A stretch of DNA of 55,012 nucleotides from an uncultured bacterium (GTDB taxonomy: Bacteria > Omnitrophota > Omnitrophia > Omnitrophales > CAZLUT01), in contig CAZLUT010000004.1 of assembly GCA_964562805.1 (NCBI GenBank), positions 1-55,012 of the forward strand, read 5' to 3'. Below are positions 18,289-28,300 of this stretch, piece by piece. The notes under the pieces were generated by a model, which ran no database searches, was not told the origin of the DNA, and worked only from the letters and a program-made list of their open reading frames with translations. Positions within the stretch are counted from its first letter, which is position 1. Each line of letters starts with the position of its first letter. The position numbers were made by a program, and so were the translations under genes.

Positions 18289-18870
18289 ATGAAAAAAACT
18301 TATGAAGAAATAAAAGCTATTCAGAAGGAAAAATCTAAAAACAAGCACCTTCCTTTAACAGGTGTTCTTGAAAATATTCGCAGCCTCTACAATGTGGGAA
18401 GTATTTTTAGAACGGCTGATGGCGCTGGATTCGAGCAATTGGTTCTGACGGGGTATACGGGGGCACCTCCCAGTAAAGAAATTGAAAAAACAGCTTTGGG
18501 AGCTACTCATTTTATTCCGTGGCATCAGTTTGATTCCCCGCTTGATTATTTAAAGTCTATTAAAAATAACAGCACAATCGTAGCTCTTGAGCATAGTCAT
18601 AAAAGCATTCCTTATACCGAGATTGCTTTACCTCAAAATAAACCTGTTATTTTAGTTGTAGGCAATGAAATTACCGGCATTGAAAATAAAACGCTCGAGT
18701 TTTGTGATATTCACACCGAGATCCCTATGATGGGCCAGAAGCATTCTCTTAATGTTTCGGTAGCGTTCGGCATCCTGGCGTTTCATTTGGCGATGCTGCT
18801 GAAACAGCAAACCACAAACCACAAAACACAAAACACAGACAAAACACAAACCACAAAACACAAACAATGA
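18289..18870 (+). CDS. TrmH/SpoU family RNA methyltransferase
   Basis: LENIRSLYNVGSIFRTAD, VVGNEITGI, EIPMMGQKHSLNVSVA; the tail is a translated repeat. Confidence 0.9.
   Translation: MKKTYEEIKAIQKEKSKNKHLPLTGVLENIRSLYNVGSIFRTADGAGFEQLVLTGYTGAPPSKEIEKTALGATHFIPWHQFDSPLDYLKSIKNNSTIVALEHSHKSIPYTEIALPQNKPVILVVGNEITGIENKTLEFCDIHTEIPMMGQKHSLNVSVAFGILAFHLAMLLKQQTTNHKTQNTDKTQTTKHKQ
18808..18867 (+). repeat. Heptamer array CAAA(C/A)CA read through in the TrmH tail
   Basis: caaacca caaacca caaaaca caaaaca cagacaa aacacaa accacaa aacacaa acaa, encoding QTTNHKTQNTDKTQTTKHKQ. Confidence 0.8.
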
Positions 18871-19247
18871 ATGGTTTAATTTTACTTTTATCAGTCTATT
18901 TTTTTGTGACAGGCGCTATCGAATTTTTTTCCCCTCACAAAGCCAATCGTTTTTATGAGAAGTGTATTCAAATAAAAGAATTTCGCCTTTTCAGCATTTG
19001 GGCCTTTGTCGTGGGGGCGGTTGCTTATTTTGGTATGCCGGTGGCGCATCTAAAATGGTTTGTGCTTTTTCTTATCTGGCTTTATGGGGTTATGGGGTTT
19101 TGGATTTTGTTAAGCCCCCATTCTTTTTTGAAGATGTGTCAAAAAGCTTACTTTAAAGCAGCGCCCGAAGGCAAGATGGCAATGGTTCGTTTTGACGGTT
19201 TTTTTCGCTTTATTGTTGCATTACTTTTGTTTTTTGCGGCACAATAA
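18867..19247 (+). CDS. Small multi-pass membrane protein, unknown function
   Basis: Four hydrophobic segments; ATGA overlap with TrmH. Confidence 0.7.
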   Translation: MNGLILLLSVYFFVTGAIEFFSPHKANRFYEKCIQIKEFRLFSIWAFVVGAVAYFGMPVAHLKWFVLFLIWLYGVMGFWILLSPHSFLKMCQKAYFKAAPEGKMAMVRFDGFFRFIVALLLFFAAQ

Positions 19248-19269
19248 CGAAACAAGAAAGCACTAAATA

Positions 19270-20742
19270 ATGACGAAAAAGATTTTAATAGCAACTTCGG
19301 AGGCGGTTCCTTTTGCTAAAACAGGTGGGTTGGGGGATGTGTGCGGGGCTCTGCCGAAGGTTTTAAAGCAAAACGGCCATGATGTTCGTATTGTCCTGCC
19401 ACGCTATTGGTCCATCGATAAGAATAAATATCAGTTAAAAAAGATCATTTCGCCCATGGGGGTTCAAATGGGGACGGGCACTGTTTGGTGCGAAGTCTTA
19501 GAAGGCGTTCTCGAAGGAGTCCCTGTTTATTTTATTGACCACGAAAATTATTTTGGCAGGGCGGGCATTTATGATGATGGCAAGCGCGAATACCCGGATA
19601 ATGCGGAGCGCTTCGGTTTTTTTTCAAAAGCTTCCATTCAGCTTTGTAAAGACTTGGGCTTTTCGCCTGATATTATTCATTCAAACGATTGGCAAACAGC
19701 GCTGATTTCGGCCTATCTAAAGATTGGCGAGGCGCATGACTCTTTTTTTCAGAATACAGCTTCCGTTTTTTCAATTCATAATATTGCTTACCAAGGCGTT
19801 TTCCCAGCAAGTTCTTACTCCTTTCTGGGACTCGGAGATGAAAATTTTAATGAATCCAAATTTGAAAGCTATGACCGGATCAATTTCATGAAAGGAGCTA
19901 TTTTTTACGCTGACGCGATTAGCACCGTGAGCCCAACGCATGCCGAGGAGATTCTTTCACCCATAGGAGGTAACGGCATTGCTCAGTATCTCCAGAGACG
20001 GCGGGACGATGTGTGCGGTATTTTAAATGGCGCTGATTACGATCACTGGAATCCCGAAACCGACTCCTTGATTCCGGCAAATTATTCTATTTCTAATATG
20101 GAAGGAAAAAATATTTGTAAGCGCGAGCTTCAAAAAGAATTTCTTTTAGAAGAAGATCCAAATATTCCTATCGTGGGCATTGTTTCACGTTTTGCAAAGC
20201 AAAAAGGGTTTGAATTATTGGCGCCAGTTATTAAATCAATTGTTCAAAATATGCGTGTTCAATTTGTTATCTTAGGAAGCGGTGAGAAGAATTTGGAGGA
20301 TTTTTTTGGTGGGTTACCAGCTAAATACCCGGGGCGGATTGGCGCCTGGGTCGGTTACCATAATAAAAAAGCCCATTTAATTGAGGCAGGGGCAGACTTC
20401 TTTCTGATGCCCTCTCTTTACGAGCCTTGCGGCTTGAATCAGATCTATAGTATGAAATACGGCACACTTCCTATAGTGCGCGAAACAGGCGGCCTTAAAG
20501 ATTCTGTCGAGCAGTATGATGAGGTTTTGGGAGCGGGGACAGGGTTTCATTTTGAAGCTCCTAATTCAGACGCGATTTATTACACGGTTGGCTGGGCCAT
20601 TAGCACCTATTATGACCGCCCCGATCATTTTAAAGTCATGAGAGAGCGTGGTATGAAGACTAATTTTTGCTGGCAGGACGCGGCCAAAGAGTATGAAGCC
20701 CTGTATGATAGGGCATTGGGCCGAAAAGCCGCTTGGAGCTGA
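19270..20742 (+). CDS. glgA: Glycogen synthase
   Basis: KTGGLGDV, HSNDWQT, IHNIAYQG, SLYEPCGLNQ, RETGGLKDSV. Confidence 0.95.
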   Translation: MTKKILIATSEAVPFAKTGGLGDVCGALPKVLKQNGHDVRIVLPRYWSIDKNKYQLKKIISPMGVQMGTGTVWCEVLEGVLEGVPVYFIDHENYFGRAGIYDDGKREYPDNAERFGFFSKASIQLCKDLGFSPDIIHSNDWQTALISAYLKIGEAHDSFFQNTASVFSIHNIAYQGVFPASSYSFLGLGDENFNESKFESYDRINFMKGAIFYADAISTVSPTHAEEILSPIGGNGIAQYLQRRRDDVCGILNGADYDHWNPETDSLIPANYSISNMEGKNICKRELQKEFLLEEDPNIPIVGIVSRFAKQKGFELLAPVIKSIVQNMRVQFVILGSGEKNLEDFFGGLPAKYPGRIGAWVGYHNKKAHLIEAGADFFLMPSLYEPCGLNQIYSMKYGTLPIVRETGGLKDSVEQYDEVLGAGTGFHFEAPNSDAIYYTVGWAISTYYDRPDHFKVMRERGMKTNFCWQDAAKEYEALYDRALGRKAAWS

Positions 20743-20786
20743 TCATCTTAATTGACCTTAAATCGAGTTTTCGTTAAAGTAAGACC

Positions 20787-21053
20787 ATGACAAAAATACC
20801 TGATCCAAATATCGAGTCAATTGGCAAGATCCAAGAGCTTTTTTCAATTTATCAAGACATCTTTGGGCGTCTTGAAGTTCCTCAGGAAAAAATGAAGGAT
20901 CAAATTGATGAATTAAGAAGACTTTTGGATAGCGGCTCCGTTGAAAATCTTAAAACCTATCTTAATAACATAAATAATACCCAAACCAAGCTTGTTAACC
21001 AGATTCGCGATTTAAACATTGCTTATACTAAGCTTAGAAACGCGGTTAAGTAA
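20787..21053 (+). CDS. Small helical hypothetical protein (88 aa)
   Basis: Amphipathic helices; TTGACC-N17-TAAAGT (20752-80) sits 6 nt before the ATG. Confidence 0.65.
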   Translation: MTKIPDPNIESIGKIQELFSIYQDIFGRLEVPQEKMKDQIDELRRLLDSGSVENLKTYLNNINNTQTKLVNQIRDLNIAYTKLRNAVK

Positions 21054-21100
21054 CTTTTTGAAGTTGCTCCTGGTTTGACCGGGAATTTATAAAAAGGGGA

Positions 21101-22027
21101 ATGTTAAAGTTGGAAAGACAGAAATTTTTAACAAAAATTTTTATAAGCGTAGTCATTTTTTTATTTAGTTTCACTTCACTTTCTTCCGCCCCCGTTTTGG
21201 CAGCCAGCACAGTTGTTTCCGGTACTATTCAAGAGATTAATTCCATCGGCGGAGGTCAATTTGAATTAATCGTCAAAGATAATTTAGGGGTCAGAAGATT
21301 TGTCGTGGACTCTTCAACCTTAGTCCAAGTAGCGATTCCCGCTGAAGATGTTGAAGTGGGCAATGAAGTCTTGGTTCTTCCCAGGAAAAAAGGGGGAGGA
21401 ATTAAAGAAATGTCATCTTTTAAGAATATACCTGCCCCGATAAGAAAAAAATTGGGTCTGCCCGATCTGCCGGACATTCCTGAAGTGCCTAGGATTCCGG
21501 AAGTGCCAAAAGTACCTAAAATTCCAAAACCTTCTCCCCCGGCACCCAAGGTACCTAAGACACCTAAAATCCCAAAAGCGCCTAAGGCGGGAGGTCCCGA
21601 GACTCCACCATCCGGAGGAGGTCAAGCCCAGCAAAGCTCAGCAGGCGGAGATGTTTCGGCAGCGGCTTCTGAGGAGGAAGGTCAAGCTGAAGGGGAAGAT
21701 ATGGTGGCCAGAGAAGAGCAGCCTGATATTCCCGCCCCACCTCGAGAAGCGGGATCTTCTGTTTTTAAACCGGATGCCTTAAAGGCCCCAACGCCAACCT
21801 TGGAAAAAATTCATGGGAAAAAGGTAGTCCAGGTCAAAAGGGAAAAAGACGGTATTGAAATGGAAATGATTGGGGGTACCGGAGAAAAAGAAAAGGTCGT
21901 TCTTACTCCGGAAGACAAGGTGCTCCAATTTATTGACATCGAATATTTAAAGAAAAACATGACGATTCAGATGGAAGTCGCTTCGTCTCCCGAAGGCAAT
22001 TATGTCCAAAGGGTAACCATCGCTTAA
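21101..22027 (+). CDS. Exported protein with central Pro/Lys-rich xPx repeats
   Basis: Signal peptide; LPDLPDIPEVPRIPEVPKVPKIPKPSPPAPKVPKTPKIPKAPK between two beta-rich segments; SD AAGGGG. Confidence 0.72.
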   Translation: MLKLERQKFLTKIFISVVIFLFSFTSLSSAPVLAASTVVSGTIQEINSIGGGQFELIVKDNLGVRRFVVDSSTLVQVAIPAEDVEVGNEVLVLPRKKGGGIKEMSSFKNIPAPIRKKLGLPDLPDIPEVPRIPEVPKVPKIPKPSPPAPKVPKTPKIPKAPKAGGPETPPSGGGQAQQSSAGGDVSAAASEEEGQAEGEDMVAREEQPDIPAPPREAGSSVFKPDALKAPTPTLEKIHGKKVVQVKREKDGIEMEMIGGTGEKEKVVLTPEDKVLQFIDIEYLKKNMTIQMEVASSPEGNYVQRVTIA

Positions 22028-22039
22028 TTAGTTTTATCC

Positions 22040-23032
22040 TTGAACCCATCTAAAAAAATTCTAGTTACGGGTGGTGCCGGATACATAGGATCTGTCACCG
22101 TTTCTTTGCTTAAAAAACGGGGCTATGAGCCGATCATTTTTGATAATTTTGTTTATGGCCATCGTGATTTCGCAGAAGGTATTACTTGCTATGAGGGCGA
22201 CATTGCAAGCCGCGATGATTTAAATAAGGTTTTAGAAAAAGAATCAATCCAAGCTGTTATGCATTTTGCGGCATATGCCTACGTCGGCGAGTCTGTGGAG
22301 AACCCGAGAAAATATTACGAAAATAATGCTTTTGGCGCCTTAAATTTAATTAATACCCTAAAAGATTTTGGAATTAATAAATTTATTTTTTCTTCTACAT
22401 GCGCTACCTATGGTGAACCTATTCAAATTCCCATGAACGAGAATCATCCTCAGAACCCTATTAACCCTTACGGTTTTACAAAATTGTTTGTGGAGCGGGT
22501 ATTAAAAGATTATGACACCGCCTACGGTTTTAAATCTGTTTTACTTCGATACTTTAATGCTGCGGGCGCTGACCCTGATTTGAGAACAGGCGAAGATCAC
22601 AACCCTGAAACTCATTTGATTCCCCTAACGCTGGATGCGGCGATGGGCCGGCGTGATGAAATTCAAATTTATGGCACCGATTATCCGACACCTGACGGCA
22701 CTTGCATTCGGGACTATATTCATATCTGGGATTTGGCCGAAGCGCATCTTTTGGCTTTAGAAAAATTGGCGAGCGGGGAAGGTAGTGACGAGTTTAATTT
22801 AGGAATTGGAAAAGGTTTTTCGGTTCGAGAAGTAATCGGGGCCGCAGAAAAAGTGACGGGTAAAAAAATTAAGTCTCATGAAGTGCCGCGTCGCGCGGGA
22901 GATCCGCCCCGGCTTATTAGCGATTCCAAAAAAGCTAATGAAAAACTAGGCTGGAGACCCAAATACGAAGACATTTACTCTATTGTAGAATCCGCCTGGG
23001 CTTGGCACCAGCGACGCTTTGCGTCGCAGTAA
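22040..23032 (+). CDS. galE: UDP-glucose 4-epimerase
   Basis: GGAGYIGS, HFAAYAYVGES, FSSTCATYG, YGFTK, LRYFNAAGA, GTCIRDYIH. Confidence 0.95.
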   Translation: MNPSKKILVTGGAGYIGSVTVSLLKKRGYEPIIFDNFVYGHRDFAEGITCYEGDIASRDDLNKVLEKESIQAVMHFAAYAYVGESVENPRKYYENNAFGALNLINTLKDFGINKFIFSSTCATYGEPIQIPMNENHPQNPINPYGFTKLFVERVLKDYDTAYGFKSVLLRYFNAAGADPDLRTGEDHNPETHLIPLTLDAAMGRRDEIQIYGTDYPTPDGTCIRDYIHIWDLAEAHLLALEKLASGEGSDEFNLGIGKGFSVREVIGAAEKVTGKKIKSHEVPRRAGDPPRLISDSKKANEKLGWRPKYEDIYSIVESAWAWHQRRFASQ

Positions 23033-23034
23033 AT

Positions 23035-23098
23035 AGTTGTTAGTGGATAGCGATTAGTCTTGCCGGCTCTAACTACTATCAGCTAACCACCGGCAACA
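23035..23098. repeat. Mirrored degenerate heptamer arrays between convergent genes; probable bidirectional terminator
   Basis: tagttgt tagtgga tagcgat tagt ... ctaacta ctatcag ctaacca. Confidence 0.55.
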
Positions 23099-23099
23099 G

Positions 23100-25040
23100 C
23101 TACCTAGTAAGCTGCCTTTCCGCATTTACAATATCACGATTTATTTTTTTAAAAGTGGCGCGTACGTTTTCTTTTAAATTTTCTGAAGTACATTTTGCGT
23201 CCTGGATTTCTCGCAAGAGCTGAGCAACCATTCTGAAATAACGGACAATCTCGCCCTCATCAATACACGATATTTCTTTAACTTGATTGAAATCCTTGCC
23301 GCTCATCCATGTTTCAATGGCAGGCGCCAAATGGAAGTGGGGGATTTTCGAATGCGGCCAAATATGAAATTTATATTCTTTTCGGTATATGTGACGAGCG
23401 GTGCTCTCAAGTGTACGTTCTAATTTGATAGCCCTCTTTGAAATTCGCGGCTTATGATCTTGTTTTCTTGGTTCAAACACTAAAGCACCCAATGTTAGAG
23501 CCAAATCTAAACCATCCATTTCATTTAAATATCCAATATCTTTCAGTTCTGCGAGTAAAAGCTCGTAGCCATAAAGGCTTGAAGCGAATTCTCCTTTTTC
23601 GGTCAATTTGCCTTTATGAATATGATCCAGATTTTCTAAAAGCCGCAGCTTGTCTTCAATTGAGCGGTAACCCTCCCGCTTTTCTTTTTGAGCAGATTGA
23701 AAATAATGAAAGGTGCGCGGATAAATTTTAATCAAATCTCTTCCGTATGATCTGTAAAGGTTTAAGAGCGTGGCATAGGAAGCATTAAATTGACTTTTTA
23801 CCTTTTCGGGGCTCCCTTCAATAATCTTTGTGAATTCCTGAAAAGATATTTGGTGCGGATTAATGCGGCTATAGACGAACCCCTCTTTATCCATTCCACG
23901 CCTACCGGCCCGACCTGCCATTTGGTAAAAGTCGCGAGTTCTTAAATTGGCAAAACGATTTCCATAAAATTTTCTCATTTCATCAAAAATAACAGTACGG
24001 GCAGGCATATTAATGCCAAGCGCAAAGGTCTCTGTCGTAAAAATTAATTTGATGTGCTTGTGAGTAAAAAGCTGTTCAACAACTTCTTTAAGGGCCGGGA
24101 GCATCCCGGCATGGTGATAAGCAATTCCTCGCTCAATGAGAGGGATCATTTCACGAGCAGAATCCTCATTGGATAATTCATAGCGCTCACAAAGCTGATT
24201 AAAATAAGACGTAATTTCAGTTTTCTCTTCCGGGTATAAAAAGTTAAATTTTGAAAGTTCCAAAGCCAGCTCTTCAGTTCTTCGCCTACCAAAACAAAAA
24301 TAAATGACAGGGAGCCTATTCTCTTCTTGCAGGTGACTCACCAAGTGATCAATTCGGTTGGGCTTGGCTCTCAATTGAAAATCGTGGGATCTACGATTTT
24401 TCCAAGAAACCCTCCGCCAACGGGATCTGGATTCATAACCTTCTTTAAAAAGGCGTTTAAAATTTTTAAAAATTTTACCCTGACATTGAAAAGAATGTGT
24501 GAGAGGGACCGGCCTATTTTTTTCGATGATGACGTGCATATTCTCTTCATGAATTGTTTCTATCCAATGGGCGAGCTCTTCAATATTAGGTACCGTAGCA
24601 CTCAAGCCTAAAATTTTGATGGATTTTGGAGTGAACATAAGAGCTTCTTCCCAGACGGTGCCGCGCTCCCAATCATCCAGATAATGGATTTCATCAAAAA
24701 TAATCCAGCGGGATTTTTCAAGGCGTCTAGAGTTTTCAAAAAGACTATTTCGATAAATTTCAGTTGTCATGATTAAAAGGGGAGCGTAGGGATTGATGGA
24801 GACGTCACCTGTAACTATTCCAACTTGGTCATTATATTTCGAGACGAAATCACGGTATTTTTGGTTGCTAAGGGCCTTTATAGGTGAGGTGTAGATGGCA
24901 CCCTCTCCGCGTTCTAAGGCCTTTTCAATTGCGTATTCAGCAATACAGGTTTTCCCCGCACCCGTTGGGGCTGAGACAATAAGGGACTCTTCTCGATCAA
25001 TAATTTCGATAGCTTTCAGCTGAAACGGATCATATTGCAT
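23100..25040 (-). CDS. Ski2/HelY-like DEAD/DEAH box RNA helicase
   Basis: APTGAGKT, SPIKALSNQK, DEIH, LSAT, HHAGMLP, TETFALGINMPA, QMAGRAGRRG. Start taken as ATG 25040, with TATACT 6 nt upstream. Confidence 0.9.
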   Translation of the reverse strand: MQYDPFQLKAIEIIDREESLIVSAPTGAGKTCIAEYAIEKALERGEGAIYTSPIKALSNQKYRDFVSKYNDQVGIVTGDVSINPYAPLLIMTTEIYRNSLFENSRRLEKSRWIIFDEIHYLDDWERGTVWEEALMFTPKSIKILGLSATVPNIEELAHWIETIHEENMHVIIEKNRPVPLTHSFQCQGKIFKNFKRLFKEGYESRSRWRRVSWKNRRSHDFQLRAKPNRIDHLVSHLQEENRLPVIYFCFGRRRTEELALELSKFNFLYPEEKTEITSYFNQLCERYELSNEDSAREMIPLIERGIAYHHAGMLPALKEVVEQLFTHKHIKLIFTTETFALGINMPARTVIFDEMRKFYGNRFANLRTRDFYQMAGRAGRRGMDKEGFVYSRINPHQISFQEFTKIIEGSPEKVKSQFNASYATLLNLYRSYGRDLIKIYPRTFHYFQSAQKEKREGYRSIEDKLRLLENLDHIHKGKLTEKGEFASSLYGYELLLAELKDIGYLNEMDGLDLALTLGALVFEPRKQDHKPRISKRAIKLERTLESTARHIYRKEYKFHIWPHSKIPHFHLAPAIETWMSGKDFNQVKEISCIDEGEIVRYFRMVAQLLREIQDAKCTSENLKENVRATFKKINRDIVNAERQLTR

Positions 25041-25065
25041 GGCGCTAGTATACACTAGGGGAGGG

Positions 25066-25084
25066 ATAAGATCTAAGATCTAAG
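25066..25084. repeat. AGATCTY heptamer array
   Basis: ATAAGATCTAAGATCTAAG (minus strand CTTAGATCTTAGATCTTAT). Confidence 0.7.
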
Positions 25085-25151
25085 GGCGGAGAATAAAGTG
25101 GTAAAGTGGGACAGTCCCCTACAACAATCTAGGAGGGGAGTTTTTATAGTT

Positions 25152-25185
25152 CCTCCCCTAAATTAAGGGGAGGGCAGGTGGGGTT
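25152..25185. repeat. REP-like GC-rich hairpin
   Basis: CCTCCCCT-AAATTA-AGGGGAGG followed by GCAGGTGGGGTT; a degenerate second copy at about 25116-25139. Confidence 0.45.
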
Positions 25186-25334
25186 AAATACATTCCCCAA
25201 AACTTGCAATTAACCCTTTTAGCGGGCACCTTTTAGTAACCCCTAAAAAAGGGGGTGTTTTTTTGGTATTTTTTTACATCAGACAATGTAGGTTTGTCTG
25301 TGTAGAAAGGATATGTGTTTAGAAAGAGGAAACT

Positions 25335-28300
25335 ATGAGTGTCTTTAATTGGATTAAAAGACCGGTAAGTTTAATCACGGTTGTCTGCTTTCTTATGACG
25401 ACGGTTCTTTTTAGTTATCCATCCAATTCCTATGCTGCAGTCCAGCCGACGTTAGTTCATGAAGATGAGGAAGAGGCCAAAGAATATGTCCAAAGATTGG
25501 CTGAAACGATTGAAGATGAAGGTAAAGATCTTCCGGCTGTTCACTTGCATAGGGAATTAGAAAAGCTTGAGCCTAAAGTCCCCGTTGCTACAGCCGCGAG
25601 TTTGGGTAAGGAGAGCAACCCTTTCCGAATCTTATCAAGCGATATTGGCCGAGAATTAGTAGTGCAATGGGTTAAAAGCTATCCAAATGAAGGTCGCGAG
25701 GAGAATTATAATGCAATATCAGAGGTAATTGAGTTTCTTAGCAATCCTAAAAATACGCAAGGCGATTTTGTTTCTCGAGCGATCCAGCGGTTTCCCATTA
25801 TTAATAATTTACATCAAAGATTTAAAGACGCATTGCAAAAACCAACCATTGAACTTCCTGCTTGTGTTGAAAAAGAAGCTGTATTAAGGGAATTTATTCA
25901 AGGTCCTACTTTTATTAACATCGGAGCTGGCCTTGATCTATTGGGAGAGCGGAGTGTTAAAGTGAATTCGAAAGTTAGCCAAGCTATTGGTATTGATATC
26001 GAAGAACAAAGAAAAACTCCTTACCCGCCTGGTGTTAGTTTTAAGCGAATGACAGATCCATCGGTGATGCCTCTCGGCAATAACGTAGCAGACACAGCCG
26101 CAATGACTTTTGTGCTGCATCATGTGGATGTAGACCGGAAAAAATATTTAGAAGAAGTGAAGCGTATTATTCGTCCTGGAGGCAGGTTGGTTGTTTTGGA
26201 AGACACCTTTAGCCACGAGTTGCCGGTTGAGTATGTAGATGAGGTGTCAAAAGCTAAAAGCCAGAAAATTTCAGAATCTTTTTCAGAATTAAAGAATGAC
26301 GAAGAACGCCTGAGCTTTTTGCATTTTATAGATTGGTTTACTCACAATTTTGTGAACCGCTCAAGAGCACCGCTCGTTCCCGGCAATTACGAACCCATGG
26401 AAGTTTGGAAATCTATATTTGAAGAGGCAGGGTTCAAAGTTATTCATCAACAATATCTTGGTTTTTCTGCGATGGGATCACGCAATCCTGCCAGCAGAGG
26501 GCTTTTTGTTTTGGAAAAGCCGAATACCGAATACCGAATACCGGGCATTGGAATTTCCGGTGCGAGTTTGGGAGATGAGGAGCGCGACCTCTCTCAAAAG
26601 AAAAGAGTTAGAAAGATAACGCTAGCGACAGCCGCGGCCTTACTGGCAGCCGCAGTTGCTGCAGTGATTACTATCTATTATTGGGCGGCTCCTAAATATG
26701 CTGTTTTTCCGGACGATGGGAAAGTGCCGAGTGCCGTATCTATGCACCGCGGACCGTTTCTCACCGTTGGAGAATTTGAACCAGGTTTTTTTCGTTCTCC
26801 TCAATGGACAAAACAGTACCTTCGCCGCCTCACTGGACACGCAGCTTCTTCTACGGATCCTATTTTCCTTGCGCGAGGGGGAAAAAACATTTTAATTCTG
26901 GATATGAAAAAAGGACACCTTAACCGCAGCGATCTCCTATCTAATAACTTTTTAACTGATATGGACAGGCAGGGCGTCATGAGACCTCCTAAAGTTGATA
27001 TAGTTGAGACCAACAAAGGGGAGCCAGCGGATGAAGAACCCCTGGAAATTAGCGCAGTTATTGACGGTATTCGCGCCGGTGAAGTGATCGCTCTTCCTCA
27101 CACCTTTAACTCAATGGTAGAGAGGGTCACCTCTGATAAACCGGATGCCTTCGAGCGTAAAGGGAATAACCTTATTATAAAAAGAACCCTTGAGCCGGGT
27201 GAGACATTGCAGCTTCGTTGGGCGCTCCGCCGCTTTACCGAAAATAATGAGTTGTCCTATACGCCTCAACCGGTCCCGCCCCGTCAGCTTACGACCCTTC
27301 CGAAAGTTTTTATTGATGAACTTGATAAAGCACGAGGGAAAGGTGATGAGGCTAAGCTTTGGCATATTGCTGAGGCTATACATAATAATTTCGAATATGG
27401 CTTAATCCCTTTTAGCCGCAAGGGAAGAGAGACATGGGGCGAGGCCGCCACGCGCGTTCTAAAAAAAGAAAAGAAGATTGTTTGCGATTGCGACGTTCTA
27501 GCACAGTATGCTTGGCTTTTTGCCCGCTATCTCAATATGGATGATGCAGCCATAGCGTTGGGGTTTGTCAATCTAGATAATGACCGCAACATCAGCATAG
27601 AAGAAGGACACGCTATATTTCTCGTACGGGCAACCATCAAGGGCAAGACGCAGTGGTATGCGTTGGATGTTACCGGTTCGGAATGGGTCGGTGTTGCTGA
27701 TATAGAATGGGAGCGACGAGAAAGGTTGCTTAGATGGGCGGCACTGTATGGAAAATCTGGTCGTATAAGAATCGATTCTTTCCCGCGAAGAGAACAGATG
27801 CACAGGAGCAAGCATGCTGTTGATGAGGTCGATGAGCTCGAAGAGGCTATCAGAAATGGAGATGTGACCTTGTCAGAAAAGGATATTTTTAAATTCATCG
27901 AACAGCTTAAGGGGTGGGAGAATCACTATCGGGCACACAAAATATTGCGTGCGGTCGGGAGGCCGGCGGTTATACCGCTCCTTAAAACACTTGAGACTTC
28001 AGATGACTATTCTCAAAGGGGTTCAATAATCAGGGTGCTGACCGGTATGGAAGACTTTAGGGATTCTAAGGCAATCAATTTGTGTATAAGTATGCTTGGA
28101 AGCAAAGAGTATGATGTCCGCGGAGGAGCTGCACAATTTTTAGCCCGATTCGGTGAGGCAGTTCATGGTCGAGTGCTTCAAATTGCTATGCGAGGAACAA
28201 GAGGGGAAAATTCCCTGAATCAACGCAAAGGCGCTCTTGAGGCTCTTGGTTATTTGAAGGGCGCAAGATCAGTTGATGTTTTGATTGAGGCGTTGGCTAT

